64,000 bases of DNA, taken from positions 1 to 64,000 of the forward strand of contig JAAILG010001222.1 in the NCBI GenBank assembly GCA_012026655.1. Reading direction: 5' to 3'. The DNA is from Hydrolagus affinis (taxonomy: Eukaryota). The notes beneath the pieces were generated by a model. It was not told the origin of the DNA and made no database searches. It saw only the letters and a list, made by a program, of their open reading frames with translations. The position numbers and the translations under genes were made by a program. The first letter of the stretch is position 1, and each line of letters opens with the position of its first letter. Positions 1 to 12,405 of this stretch are shown here, in pieces.

Positions 1-644
1 GATCCATTTTGCAGATGGAGGCTGAATTACAACAGAGCCTTAAATGCATAGGTCTGAGCAAGCACAAAACAGTTTATTGTGTGAGCATGGTCTGTATTGG
101 TACTGGAACAAAGACCGAGGGCTTACCTTCCACCCTTAGAAAGGTCTGCATAATGTCAACAGCAGGGTTGATCCAGATTATGTGTTGGATGAAGTTGCTC
201 AATTTTTCACAAGGGGCTTTTAATAGTGTGCGAGGCAAATAAGCGGCAACTGCAGCCTTTTGCTTGTGTTAATTTATAAAGTTCAGAGGAAATTGTTAGA
301 TATTAGCCGCAAGGGAAAAAAAACCCAGTTGTTTTATTAGCAATAAATTCTGTCTTCAGGTACCTGGAATCACATCATCGCACCAGTTTCTTTCATGTGT
401 GGAAACATTGTCATTTTAATCTCTGTGTTCAGAAAACAAATGTTACGCCTCTGATGACTTTAATAAGATACTTTTTTAAATTGTCTAATGCCTATGAAAC
501 TTCACTCTTGTGATCTGTTTTGACAACCTCATTATCTGACAGCAAACACTCTTTTTAAGGGTAGAGCCCTGGATTTTTGGAGCGTGTTCAAAGGGTTAAT
601 CCATCTTCTGCAACGTCCTCATTCAAGTTTATTTCAAGGTTTGC

Positions 645-692
645 TTTTATTTATTTGTTTGTTTGTTTCTTTGTTCGTTCGTTCGTTCGTTC
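645..692. repeat. Compound tetranucleotide microsatellite (ATTT/GTTT/GTTC)
   Basis: ttttatttatttgtttgtttgtttctttgttcgttcgttcgttcgttc read directly. Confidence 0.9.
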
Positions 693-1061
693 AATACCTC
701 CTGTGAAATGAGAGGCACGTCACCTCATTGAAATGAATGGAAATATGAAAATTGCACATTTCCTTGAGTGTCCTTTGCCTCAGCTCCTTGTAATCACACC
801 CACAAGTGTTATTTTACAGTAATTTGCTTGATGATGTTTTTGGAGGCAGGAATGAGTTCCTTTGAGAAACCATGGATAGTTTTGTTATCATCCACTTTAG
901 AAACTGAAATTAAGTTTGTCCTCTCCTATTTGATCTCCTACAGGCTTTCCACGTGGCCTACGAAATGTATACCTCTACAATTAACCTATTGAATATCTGG
1001 GTTGCTTTTGGATTACAACTTCTTATACTTTTCTTTATTCTTCATCCACTTTGTATTTCTG

Positions 1062-1437
1062 GTGTCCTGAAGGCGGGGATACTAGTGGCTATATGTGTCT
1101 GAAGATACCAGCAGCTCTCTACTTTTTTCTCCAGGACCATTCCTCAGGTGTGAGCCATAACAGTGAGCATTGGCAGGTTATTTAAGCACAGGGGGCTATT
1201 ATAGCCAAGGCAGTCCTTTCCTCTGTAGTATGCACATGCTATAGCAGGGTTACCGGGATAACAATCAATAATAGGTACACTAGTTCATTTTTTTTTAGAA
1301 AAGATTTCAAGCCGGATGACCATAGCAATATTGCACTCTTTGCTGAAATAAATTAACGAACCAGAGAGCAGGAACTGAACCTCGGATTATTGCAATCTGT
1401 TTAGTTCAGTGTCATTGGTTTACCTACTGAGCCATTG
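1062..1437 (-). mobile_element. AmnSINE2-like ancient tRNA-derived SINE, decayed
   Basis: Shares colinear motifs with the copies at 2.3, 31.6, 48.4 and 62.6 kb (ccattc..tgtgagcc..acagtgag..ttggcagg.tatt; ends gaacc..tctgt..tcagt..actgagcca). Family name from recall of the AmnSINE2 consensus. Confidence 0.6.
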
Positions 1438-2269
1438 TCAAAAGCCAACCTGACAGTTTTTCTGTTAATGTTCTCCCCCCTTCCCTCTCTCCGAGGTACC
1501 CACTGTTCTTTGGCTGAGGGAGCCAGAGTTCCTCTCTGGCCTCTGCCAAAACCTTTGAAGGAACCTCACCATTGCCAAAAAGAGGGGAATGCTGAAGAGG
1601 TGAGTTTCTGGGGGTAAAACACAGAGTGACTGGCAGTGTCCTGGAGCTGCTTTGTAAGAAAAGCGTATGTTGTGTTGTGAAAAATGCAAATCTAAATTCG
1701 GTCTCATCTTTTTTCCTATTGCAGCCAAAAATGTAGCTTCACTAGCTGACTGCAGCCTGCGGCACTAGCTGTGGGGCAAATGGGTGACTCTAATCCAAGG
1801 CTTTTGTACTGCTTTTGTCATATAATAGCCATTTAGCTCAAACTGTCTTGTGTCTAATGGAGTATGCGGAGCAGAGCGGGCTGAAGCAGGCCCAAATATG
1901 TGTACTATCAAGCATTGTACTGGGGTGCGCATGTGACATGTTAGACTGACTGCTGACTTTGTCTATCTCTCAATAGAATGCCATGCAAACTTGGTCTACC
2001 CATGCTCTTAAGAGTGACTGTGCGATCACAAGTACTCGTGTTGCACACTGGTCATAGGTAAATTTTTAATGAGTGTTGAAAATGTCACAGTTGTATATCG
2101 TTATATTGTCAAATTGTCAAAGCGCTTTTGAAAAAAGGAATGTAATCACCTTGTCAAGAGTTGTGCTGATTGTTGAATGCCTTGACCTGAGAGAAGAGGA
2201 AAATTATGCTTTTCATTTTGTGGGAATTTCTTCCTCTGCTTTTCTCCCTTTCCCCCCTCCCTCTCCTAA

Positions 2270-2610
2270 ATAGAATGGCTCAATGGGTGGGGAATCAACC
2301 ATCTGACAGCTTGGCTGAGTTGCCATTCTTTAGGCGTGATCTTTCTTAGGCAGTGAGTTTCAGGAGGCTATTCGCTCATATTGACCATCGTAGACAGACC
2401 CGATTCTGTCCTTGCCTGGCATCCGGGCTCTCTCCAACAGGGAAGGGACCTCACAGGATGTCAATCAAGAGTACGATCTCAGCAACTTGCTTGCTCTGCA
2501 TAGCCAGAGGAACCCTGCTGCCACATTAACTCAGACCTGGGGTTCAACCTCAAACCTTCCTATTCTCTATGGCACAGTAGTGCACTGTGCTTTGACTCAC
2601 TATGCCACCA
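2270..2610 (-). mobile_element. AmnSINE2-like SINE, decayed
   Basis: gccattctt..cagtgag..ggctattcg..ccgattctgtcctt..aactcagacctggggttcaacct..accttcct..tctatggcacagta; the reverse complement gives a pol III-like head with a B-box remnant. Confidence 0.65.
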
Positions 2611-3289
2611 AGCCCAGTTGCATTATTAGCATTCAGATCAGCTCACGGTTTAGATACATAAATAAATATTATTTGGTCCCCAAGTAAACATCTTTGTTTA
2701 AAGGAAGACGTCATCCAGCCCTTTCAGCTTTCAGCTTCCCTGGCGGACATCCTCAGCTTGTAGGTACAACGGGAAAGAAAAGTTGCATTAGCAATGCAAT
2801 ATTGTTTTTCTATTTGCTTATTACACCGATTGTTTTAGATGTGGAACCAAATAATTTACCAGGCAAATATTTACCAGGGATAATCTGTTAGTTTAAATTG
2901 ATGAGAAAGGTGGCAGATTAGGTTTCTTAATGGCTTGTCTGATGGTGTGTTTAATGCTGAAGTGAATCAAATCTTAGGGTTTAAATGCAGGAATGTAAAT
3001 CAATTATGCAAGATCTCAGATATTAACTGGTGGATGAAATATACATGTAGATATTTATCTATTGAATACATTTCTGAGATGCTTTGGTTGGTTTAAGTGG
3101 TTATCTAGGAATATATTTTCACTTTTGTTTCTTGTATGTGGAAGGTCCATGACTCGATACCATATTATGAAAGTTTCCTTACGCTTGCTATTTTGTTATT
3201 GTACCATTATTTGTCGGAGAGACGTGTTTTGCTTGATTAGTTCTATTCTGATAGGTTTTGACTCATTCTTCACTCTCAAATTGATCATT

Positions 3290-3430
3290 CACTTCCTGGC
3301 TGTTTGTGGGATATTGCCTGGCACAAATTAGCTGCCACGTTCACCTACAAAATCCACTTCAGTACGTCCCACAAAGTGTTTTGAGGCAACTCGACGATGT
3401 GTTAGGGCAGTATATCGAAATACAAGGGAT
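3290..3430 (+). mobile_element. DeuSINE 3' fragment (Deu domain plus tail)
   Basis: tggctgtttgtgggatattgcctggcacaaattagctgccacgttcacctacaaa...cagtatatcgaaatacaagg matches the core of the full copies in this window. Confidence 0.75.
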
Positions 3431-4503
3431 ATATGATATAAGCCGAATGTGGATCATTTTAGTGAAGATTCACTGCATTGAAATGTTTCTTTGTCAATGG
3501 GATGTGAAAAGCAACATTGTTGGCAGGTTAATATAATGAGGTGATACACTTGTGGGTATGCAGTTCAGCTCATCTTGTATTGTTGTCGTTCTTGATGACA
3601 TCCTGAGCCGAGTCACTTAATGGTAATTGTTATTGCAATTATACAGAGCCTATCCATTATACATTTCTATAATTTTAAATCAATGTCCAACGGTGTATTA
3701 AAGAGCATTTGAGCCCTGGAGTTCTGATACGAAAATGAGAATGTGAAGGAGTGGGGACACCTGGGACATGAAGCAGTTCAATGAAGATTTCTTTTTGTAA
3801 AAAAAAAATCAAGCCTTTCAGTTCATTGTACAACTTAAACTGGCAGTAGGTCTGTGAAAAATCTAGTCTTCAAGTATAATGCCTTCGATTTTTATATCCA
3901 ATTAAATGGTCTATCCCCAAATTGCAGTTATCAATGCAGGTATTTAGTACCCCAAATTCAGTTTATATGTTCTCAGGTTGGCTAGTGACAACACATCACT
4001 GCTGAAACAGGCTGAAGATTTCAGGCATCAGACATTGAATTTCTACCTCATCTTATCTGGTTAAGAACATTTTGTCTTACATCTTATGTTGGGTAGAACT
4101 GTGCAAAATGTCTTCTCTTCCGTCTCAATTTGGAAGCTGTTTTTTTCCTCATGTTTTGTTTAACGATTGCGTAAAATCAAATTAAAGTTGAATTGAAGAA
4201 TGGTCTTCATTTCCACGATGATGTGAAGATCAAGAGAAGATCAAGGGTTGGTTGAATGAAGGTCTTTTTCTAACTTGGTGATCCAGGTATTTAAGCTCCT
4301 GAATGTCCTTATCTCAAAACTTAAATGCTTATTTTCTTTCCATCAGAGGTTAGACTGATTGTACAGCCCAAGCAAGCTTTATAATATCTTTAGTATTGTG
4401 TAAAACCAGTTGATTAAGGTTGTAAGATTAGATTCTTCGAGGGAATTGGTGGCATGGAGCAGGATGACACTGATTCCAAGTGAGACAATATAATTAAGAT
4501 AAT

Positions 4504-4551
4504 TGTTAGCCCATAGTTAGACCCTCTGTTAGACCTGTTAGACTCTGTTAG
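4504..4551. repeat. Short degenerate tandem repeat of (c)tgttagac
   Basis: tgttagcccatagttagaccctctgttagacctgttagactctgttag contains five gttag cores. Confidence 0.7.
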
Positions 4552-5099
4552 TGTACAGGAAACTACAGTATCTAATATGATAAACAACAGGGTACACATA
4601 CAGGATACTGCCATTCACTCTGTGTTTCATGGTAATTGTGAGTGCAGACTATGCTACAAACCCACAAATGTGGTGCCAATGAAGACACATTTTTGTCTGA
4701 TCAGGGAGAATGACTATTTGTTGTGGAGCAGATCAATCGAAGCAATACTCATAGATTAGATTTTTCCAGATTCGCATATCCATTTTTAAAAATATTAATT
4801 TATATAGACACAAGTTTCATTACATTTTGGGATAGATCCTTGCACTTTTGGTCACTCTCATTTATTTCTAATGTTTACTAGGAATACGGTAATTAGTTCT
4901 AAATTACAATATAATATTCTCAATTTTTGGTCACTCTCTCTCTCCGTAATATCAAATGGGCCAAAGGTCCTTCCTCATCTGAACTGCCCTTGTGATCTTG
5001 GACTGAGATTCCTTCTCTATGGTTTGGTTTTCTTTATTCGCCTGTTTTCTTTACATTCCTGTCTCATTCCTCCACTCTATATCGAATTGATTTTTAATT

Positions 5100-5195
5100 G
5101 TTTCTTTTCTTGTTTTTCCTTTTACTTTTCTTTTACTTATCGTCCTTTCTCTCTCTTTTACTCTCTCTCTCTCCCTCCCTCTCCCCCTCTCTCTC
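5100..5195. repeat. Polypyrimidine / (CT)n low-complexity tract
   Basis: Read directly; explains the spurious ORFs at 4871-5397 on both strands. Confidence 0.9.
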
Positions 5196-5239
5196 AGACA
5201 CAACCATGCACACTTGTCTTGTTCTCCTCTGTCGCTCCA

Positions 5240-5620
5240 ATAGATTACTCGTCGGGCACCCCATGGAGTGTTGTGCAAACAATTTCAGTGGCCGTTTTCG
5301 AAGTTTATCAACCTTGATTAATCGGTTTAAGAGTGACGCCACTGTTGCAGCACTAAAAGGAATTGCAAGATTTTGCTTTCATGATTTGGGGAAATGAGTT
5401 GTTCATTTGGAGCAGCGTTCCTCAAAAACACACGTCTCCCAAAAACAAGAGTGCATGACAACGCGGGATCAAATCTATTGTTACCGCAGACAATATTAGG
5501 TATAACTCTCCATTAAATATATTATACAAAAGGCGATACAATAGACAATTCTGAAGGCTTTCATACAGTGCGGAGCTGTCTCCTAGTTGAACAGCAAAAT
5601 TCAAATCCTCTCAGTGATGT
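5240..5620. promoter_or_regulatory. Candidate conserved non-coding element
   Basis: Repeat-free and retains many CpGs against a CpG-poor background; contains TGATTAAT, CTATTGTT/ACAATAG (Sox-like) and CATTAAAT motifs. Conservation not tested. Confidence 0.35.
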
Positions 5621-7788
5621 GTGTCTGTAAAGATTAGCTCTGCTTGGGTTCCTGAATCAGCTAAAGGCTCCTGTAGGTTTATCATTAGGATCCGAGTTTC
5701 AACCTGATAGCTTCCAGAGTTTGCCTGCAGTCATTGAGGTGTGAGATGGCTGGTCGTCTACTTGGCAGCCAAGCATTGCATGCATTGGGACACCTGAGAC
5801 CCAGGAGAAGTGGCAGGTCAACTATAAATTAAGAGTGAAAATGGTATTTTAATATTTAGGTGATAATTGTTTAAACCAGGCTATTATCAGCTGTGTAATT
5901 TAACTATTCAACCCAACTGAGGATTCCTACCTAATGTACTTCTGGTCCACAGAGGTTTTGTCAGTTGTGTGTTGCACAGTCCATGTCAGTCTGCCTCCAG
6001 TGTAGTGAAATCTGGAAATGAGTACACACCGGGCCCCAACCCCAATCCAATCCTGTTCCAAGCAAGCAATTGCAACCCGCCAGTCACACTCCCTCTTGTT
6101 TCCTTCTAGTCACAATCTAAAAATAATCCTACTCCAACAACGCAATTCGACATTTGTAAGGACTAAGATGGAGTGCCCTGCTGGGTGTAAAGAGGCCATT
6201 TGACATCTGCTTAATCATAGTTCCACATAAGTACCAAAGGAATAGATTTGCATTGTCTTTGAATCGTCACCAGGTGACAACAGCACTTATGCTGTAAGCA
6301 TTTTTTTCCTTCTTTAGCAATGCTTATGTGGCATCCATACTGTTACCTGAGAATAATGATTCCAAAGTCTGAGTTGTTTCACAATTAGCAAATCTTAGTT
6401 AAAGTGTAGTTTGCCACGCATGATATAATAATATTATAATCCTTGTGTTTAGTATAGCCCCTTTCACACTTGTAATTATGACTGGGTGTGAATTCCTTGC
6501 ATCCCAATTGACACTCGACCAATATCACACTTAAATTTGGTTACTTATGTATTAAAAACACAACTATGGAATCAACATGCCTTAGAGAACCCTATTTATC
6601 AAAAAGTCATATTTCAGGCGTTTATGTCTAGATTCAATGCCAGAGCTGCATATCATGTCTGTGCAAGCTGAGTGACACCGGTATTAATGAGCTGGACACC
6701 AGGGCATGTATTCAGTAACCTTGCCAATCTTCCATATTGCATGAGATTGGGAAAGGCACAATTGGGATTTGGGGAAATAGACAAAAGTGGATCGTGAATG
6801 GCCACAATGCACCACATTTAATGAGTGCCACAGATAATGAAGCTCTCCAAGTGAGTGTGTAGTAATAGATTGCCTCGGAATCAAATAAATACCTGATGCG
6901 GTGCCTGGGCTGGTATCGGTTAGCTGGCAGTAGACGATGATGCAAGCCTGGCAGATATTCTTAGTAATATTATTTCAGTGCCAAGTTACTTACTGAAGTC
7001 AACCAAAGGGCATTATTGAAACTCACGCCAATTTGCAAATGATAACAACTGATGTTTGTTTCGCAACATAACTGGCTAACCTGATTATTCTGGTATATCA
7101 GGAATTTTTGATAAAAAAAAAGTCTCCATTGAAATACAGGGACCAGCTCCTTATGGCTTTGTTAACCGTGGTCCAGAAATGAGAATGGATAGAAACTACA
7201 GCAATTGCTGCATGCAGTGAAAAATTATTATTACTCAATCGCTAAAGTCTGTAATAAGTTGGAACTTGGCCACAACATTGCAGCAGTGTCCACTGCCACC
7301 CACAATGATAGTTTAATTTTATCAAAATCAATTCTTGTGCAGACTTGAAATGATTCAAATTGATTTTGCTGGTGACCTCGTGCGACATTAAAGTCAATCT
7401 AGTTTAAATGAAACTGATTCAAATCAGTTTCACTGTAGGTTTCTGTTCTCTTTTTTTTCTTTACAGAAAATGCATTCTTCCCCACATCTTTCCCAATTTG
7501 TCTCCTCCTGGCCACACAGATACACAGACACACACAAGCGCATACACACACACGCAGGCTCCTGGCTGAGAGGACAGGCGGATGTGTGTGCGGCCAGCTG
7601 ATAGGGGAAGCTGTACGATGAGCCAAGGTGGAACCCCTGCCAATTTTCCCTCCCTCTTGTTGGCTGACTACCTTCCTGTGTTGCAATGCTGCACACAATG
7701 ACCCTGAGAGGATCAGTGACTCACGATTGCTGGGCAATACCCCTGGTCAAAATCCTACCAAACTCCAGTTGAACCTGGGTGGATCAAA

Positions 7789-7956
7789 AACAACAACTGA
7801 TGGCATTTAAATAGCGCTTTTCATGTCGGGAGGACGCCCCTGGACAGTCAAGGGTTTTCCACCCGAATAGGATGTTGGAATCAAGAGGGGTGGAGGGCAA
7901 GGGGGAGATGGGTGGGACAATTACTGAAGGCGTGGTCAAAGAAGAAGGTCTTGAGA
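7789..7956 (-). mobile_element. L2 LINE 3' end
   Basis: aacaacaac..gcatttaaatagcgcttttcatgtcgggaggacgccc..purine-rich tract..gtggtcaaagaagaaggtcttgag is the reverse complement of the 3' UTR seen at 20790-20965. Confidence 0.75.
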
Positions 7957-8655
7957 CATCATATTATAGCTTGCATCTCCAGGCAGATATCTGCTGCACA
8001 ATCACATACTTTGGAAGCATTCTTACAAACAATTGTTGAAGTTAGAATCAAATGGCCACAAAACAGGACGGTTCCTTAATTGGATCCTTCAGTAAAGTCT
8101 TGTGTTACGAATGGGACACGTTCCAAACAAACAGAAGCGTGTCACTCCAACCTGTGGGAACTCTACTTTGACTTGATCTGGTTCTGGAACAGTTTTCATA
8201 GGTTGAGGTGTCATATTTGTCGTTCGTGGAGCAATTCAGAGATCTTATTAAATGATTCTGTTACAAACTGCTGTGTCTTAGACCTCCACACCAATCTAAA
8301 TATACATAAATCCACCCACAAAATAGATGGTCAATTCAAGTTACACTATATTCTGAGCACAAAGTGTTAAGGCACTATATCAAATGAATGGATTATTGCT
8401 ATATTATTAGAAATGAAACAATTTTATTTGTTATACTGTATGCTGTACAGCACTATTGACATTCGCTGTGCACTCTTCAGGTGTCAGAAGACATACAGAT
8501 GTGTGTTATTACACTATTGACAGGTATTCCATTGATGGGTTGCCCTGTAATAATTAACCTTTCTGGCATTATTTTCTCTGCCGAGGATGTGCTATTGATT
8601 CCTAATTGTTTTATTTAAAAATACAAACACTCTAATTTCCTAATTCTTCTTTCTC

Positions 8656-8938
8656 GTGGAGTCCTGTAGCTGAGTGGTTAGAGCACTTGCCTTACAAGCG
8701 AGAGACCTGACTTCAATTCCAGGCAGGCCAAAACCTTGGGCAAGTATCCTTACTCCACATGCCTAATAATAATCCCTCCAAAAAAAATAATAAAGTGGTC
8801 ATTTCAATTCATGACTGTTTGTGGGGACATTGAGGTGTGCATTTGGCTGCCGCATTTTACCCACAAAGTATACAGTCAATTCACTTGATAGTATATCAAG
8901 TGAAAAGTGCCATATCAAATGCAAGGATTATTATTATT
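8656..8938 (+). mobile_element. Young tRNA-derived Deu-type SINE, near full length (small deletion in tail stem)
   Basis: A box TAGCTGAGTGG, B-box-like ttcaattcc, aaaccttgggcaag linker, Deu core tttgtggggacattg..ttggctgccgc, tail caaatgcaagg(att)n; highly similar to 5 other copies. Confidence 0.92.
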
Positions 8939-9769
8939 TAAAAGTACACAAGCATTTTTTAAAAAAAGGAACATTTTGGTTTCATGACACCTCACCATCT
9001 GGAATCAGGCAAAGCATCAATTATAATCACGAAAATGTCATGCTCTATTCCACTGCCTCACCCCTATCGTACAAGGTATGGATCCAAAAGTATGTTCCTG
9101 GAGAAAGTGAATAATGAATCCTTTTCTACAAATTCCCTGTAAGTACAAGGAGCTAAGTCCAGATAAAGGTTAGGTATTGAAATTCTGCTGATATCGTTAA
9201 TTCCTTGAGTGAAGTCCCTGGCTAACTCACCAGTCCTGCAATAAATCCTTACAATGGGGAAACCTATCACAAGAGATACTATACCTGTGCCCCATTGCAT
9301 ACTGCCCAGGTAGCATTGATGCAATACATCAATTCCACATCAGTTGAGCCCTGCACCCAATTCAGGTTGACTACACCTCTATCTTATATGGGATTTTACA
9401 ACATCAAAAAATTAGGTATAAAAATTCATTTCCCATTCTTTAAATGATATGAAAAATTAACTAGTGTTCAGTGCAGTATTATAGTAATATTAACAACAAC
9501 AAAATTACATTTATATAGTGCCTTCCATGTATTTGGCATGATTACCTGTGCGCCAAAAAATATCACCTTTTTACATGTTTTGTCTTAAAATGTAAAATAT
9601 GGGGGAAACTTCAATTTAGCTTCGAACAGCATTTTGGAAGCTGGTTCTATTTAAGAAAAACAAGTTTAATATGTCTGAATTCAAGAGTTTTTCATAAATC
9701 TGCAGGGTCTGAAATTGTAAGACAAAGTGGTCTTGTACATGGAATTTGATTGTGTTGTTTTATTTTTAA

Positions 9770-10130
9770 AAAACCGGTTCATTAGATAAACCTCGCAATC
9801 TTGTTAATGATGTGTCACCAAATATGGGAAGGATTTGGAGAAGCAGAGAGCGCATTAATTGCATTAATCCCACTGGCGTCGACGTGAGGTGGCTGTAAAT
9901 GTTTTCTGGAATGCTGGGGAGACATGGTGTGGGAGGAGATGTCAAGGAGGAGCGGTATTTTTTTTTGTGAGGAGAACGCTGCAGAGCCAAGAGTAAGGGT
10001 CTCAATGTATCAGCTGTGACCTGCTTCTCACTCAGTGTTTCAGACTGCAGCAGCTGGTAACCCCAATACAAAGGCAGAGAGAGGTGGGTGGGAGCCAGCA
10101 CCGTGTCTCTGCGTCTGTGTTTCTGTTCGG
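9770..10130. promoter_or_regulatory. Candidate conserved non-coding element
   Basis: Repeat-free and CpG-retaining; paired homeodomain motif gcattaattgcattaatcc and TGTCA sites. Conservation not tested. Confidence 0.3.
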
Positions 10131-10577
10131 CTCTGGGCTATTCACACAAGAACATCTTTCCTACAAACCTGAGGGAAACATAATGGAATAAGCTGATCCG
10201 ATACCCACTCACCTTCGTCAGTGGGGAAAAACTTGGGAAATGTTAGATTCAGATGAGTTTGTTAATCAGGGCAGATACTGCAGACATACTTAGAAAGGAC
10301 GAGTCACGAGGAAGTCTCATCAATGTAATTTTGTCATTAGTTACACAACTTCTATTCTGTTGGGAAGTACATCGTGTCTCACTGGCTGGCTCACAGGAAA
10401 AAAAACATCCTGTTTCAAATCAATTCCGAGCAGATCTTGTTGTCCCTCTCATCTTTTGCAAAGGAACCTTGCTTTGAAATGCCAGATTTTATCTGACTCA
10501 CACTCTGAGAAGAGGCTAACTTTAATTTGAAATGCACTAAAGCGTGAGAGAGTTTGGTGCCATTTCAATGTTTTAAG

Positions 10578-10985
10578 GTGTCAGCCTTGGCTCAGTTGGC
10601 AGCATTCTTGTTTTGAGTCAGAACGTTGAGGGTTGAAGCCCCATGTTGGAACCCTGAACTTACATAGTCTAGGCTGACACTACAGTACACTGCATTATTA
10701 AAAGTACAGTTGTTCAGATGAGGCATTAAACCAAGGACCCATCTCCCTGTTCAACGGTTAAAGATCCTATTGTACTATTCGATAAGAGGATATTTCTCCC
10801 AGCGTCATTCCCAAAAATCCCCCAAATAAAATTGGCCATCCACTTCTTGGCTATTTGTGGAACAATAGCACAAGTAAAAATTAGCTACTGCACTTGCCTT
10901 CAAAATGCACAGTGCAGTACCCTTTACTATATATACTGTGAAGCACTTTGAGAATCCTCTTGAAGTGAACAATATTATTGTTGTT
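10578..10985 (+). mobile_element. Older long DeuSINE (SacSINE1/AmnSINE1-related), full length, diverged
   Basis: Head ggctcagttggcagcattcttg..tgagtcagaa.gttg.gggttgaagcccca; middle tctaggctgacact..cagatgaggcattaaaccaagg..aaagatcc..actattcga; then Deu core and tail. Matches the recalled SacSINE1 layout. Confidence 0.8.
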
Positions 10986-11229
10986 ACCATTCCTTCACGC
11001 GAGCTCAATTTAAAGGTTCCTTCATCGTCTACTAAAGTATTTTATATCTAATAGTTTAGATTTATTCTTTATGATACACCTGTGAGCATATACACAGCAC
11101 AATTAAATAAAAATAGTTAAATTAATAACAGTAATATGAATACATCCTTTTTAAAGAAACACGTAACAATTATTCCACTTTCATAGACTTCCATATACAG
11201 TATTTGCTCTTTTTGTCTATCAATCTATG

Positions 11230-11600
11230 TGGGAAGATGGAAATATTTGCATTTCAAACAGCAATTAATGTCCCCCGTTTCCTTTATTCATTTCACTTTC
11301 CACTCTCTCACAAACAATATTTCTGATGGCAAAAAAAACATCTAATTGCAATATTGCCATTCGGGCCTCGAGTAGTTAATGGTATAATATGTGTGTGTGT
11401 GTGTGTGGTATGCGCTGGTTGTGTAATGATTAGTCAATTAATTGATTGTTAATTAGAATAATTGCAGTCTCGGCAATAAAAATCCCCAATTCCCACACTC
11501 CTTCTCGTGCTGATCCATCAGTTTGTGTGAAGGATGGTATGTGTGCGCACGTATAATTTTAACATTACTGTGATTTTCTTTTATAATAAAACATTGAAAT
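11230..11600. promoter_or_regulatory. Candidate conserved non-coding element with embedded (GT)n
   Basis: Very dense TAAT/ATTA cluster taatgattagtcaattaattgattgttaattagaataattg (11424-11464); (GT)n at ~11389-11406. Confidence 0.35.
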
Positions 11601-12240
11601 ATACACAGACAATATTACAAATATTCTGTCCTAATACTCTCTGAATTAGATAAACAGAGAGAATATGAGCATTCCATTCCAGACACAGGAAAATTTTCAA
11701 TGCATGGGTGCCATACATTTGTGGTATTCTTAATATAGGTTAAGCATGGATTTCTACATGTGTCAGACATAAAAAACCTTTGTGGTATATTACATTTCAA
11801 GCCGTGCCAACAGTAAAGTTAAGCATAATTCCTTTTTCTTTTTAGCCTTGTTTGCTCAGCCACACAACCAACAGTCTAGTTGCTCACACTAACCCGAGTT
11901 TTGAGTGGTACAATTTTGTCAAGGTGAACACCCCACGCATTCAGAAACGCTCTCAATTTGACAGAGATAAATATATTCTTAGCTAAATCATAGAGCAATG
12001 TGTGCCATTGTTTAAATGCTGCTGAATTGTTTCGGTCGAAATCGTGGCCAGTTTCTTTGGGTATGTACTCGTATAAAAAGTGATAAAGTCAATGCAACAA
12101 AGTGAGTGGATGGATCTTCGGAATTTAAGATTTTCAGAATCAAAAGTTATGTTTGATCTTTAGAATTAAGGGTTAAGATTTTCCTTTTGAGTTCTATGCG
12201 GTTGTAATACATCTCACGGAGATTTTTGTAACATTCTTAT

Positions 12241-12405
12241 AATAATAGTATATAATAATAATAATTCTTGTATTTCATACAGCACCTTATCATGTCTTTA
12301 AGACATCTCAAAGCGCTTCACAGGATATACTGTAAAGTGTAGTGTCTTTGTTTTGTGGGCGAAATGCGGCAGCCAATTGTGCACAGCGGTGTCCCGCAAA
12401 CAGTC
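12241..12405 (-). mobile_element. 5'-truncated young Deu-type SINE
   Basis: (aat)n, cttgtattt..catctcaaagcgcttcacaggatatactgtaaagtg..gcggcagccaattgtgcacagcggtgtcccgcaaacagtc. Confidence 0.88.

Noticed and set aside
4504-4551. CRISPR-like or functional repeat array (also 61216-61250 and 62856-62885)
   Set aside because: Units are 7-11 bp without unique spacers; ordinary slippage repeats in a eukaryotic genome.
4871-5397. Overlapping ORFs on both strands
   Set aside because: Produced largely by the stop-poor CT-rich tract at 5100-5195.
6455-6530. Harbinger/PIF-like terminal sequence gcccctttcacact
   Set aside because: No matching inverted terminus or TSD found nearby.
7440-7630. Strong acceptor ttttttctttacAG as a coding exon
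   Set aside because: Downstream frames run into CA-rich low complexity and stop codons, with no matching donor or recognisable peptide.
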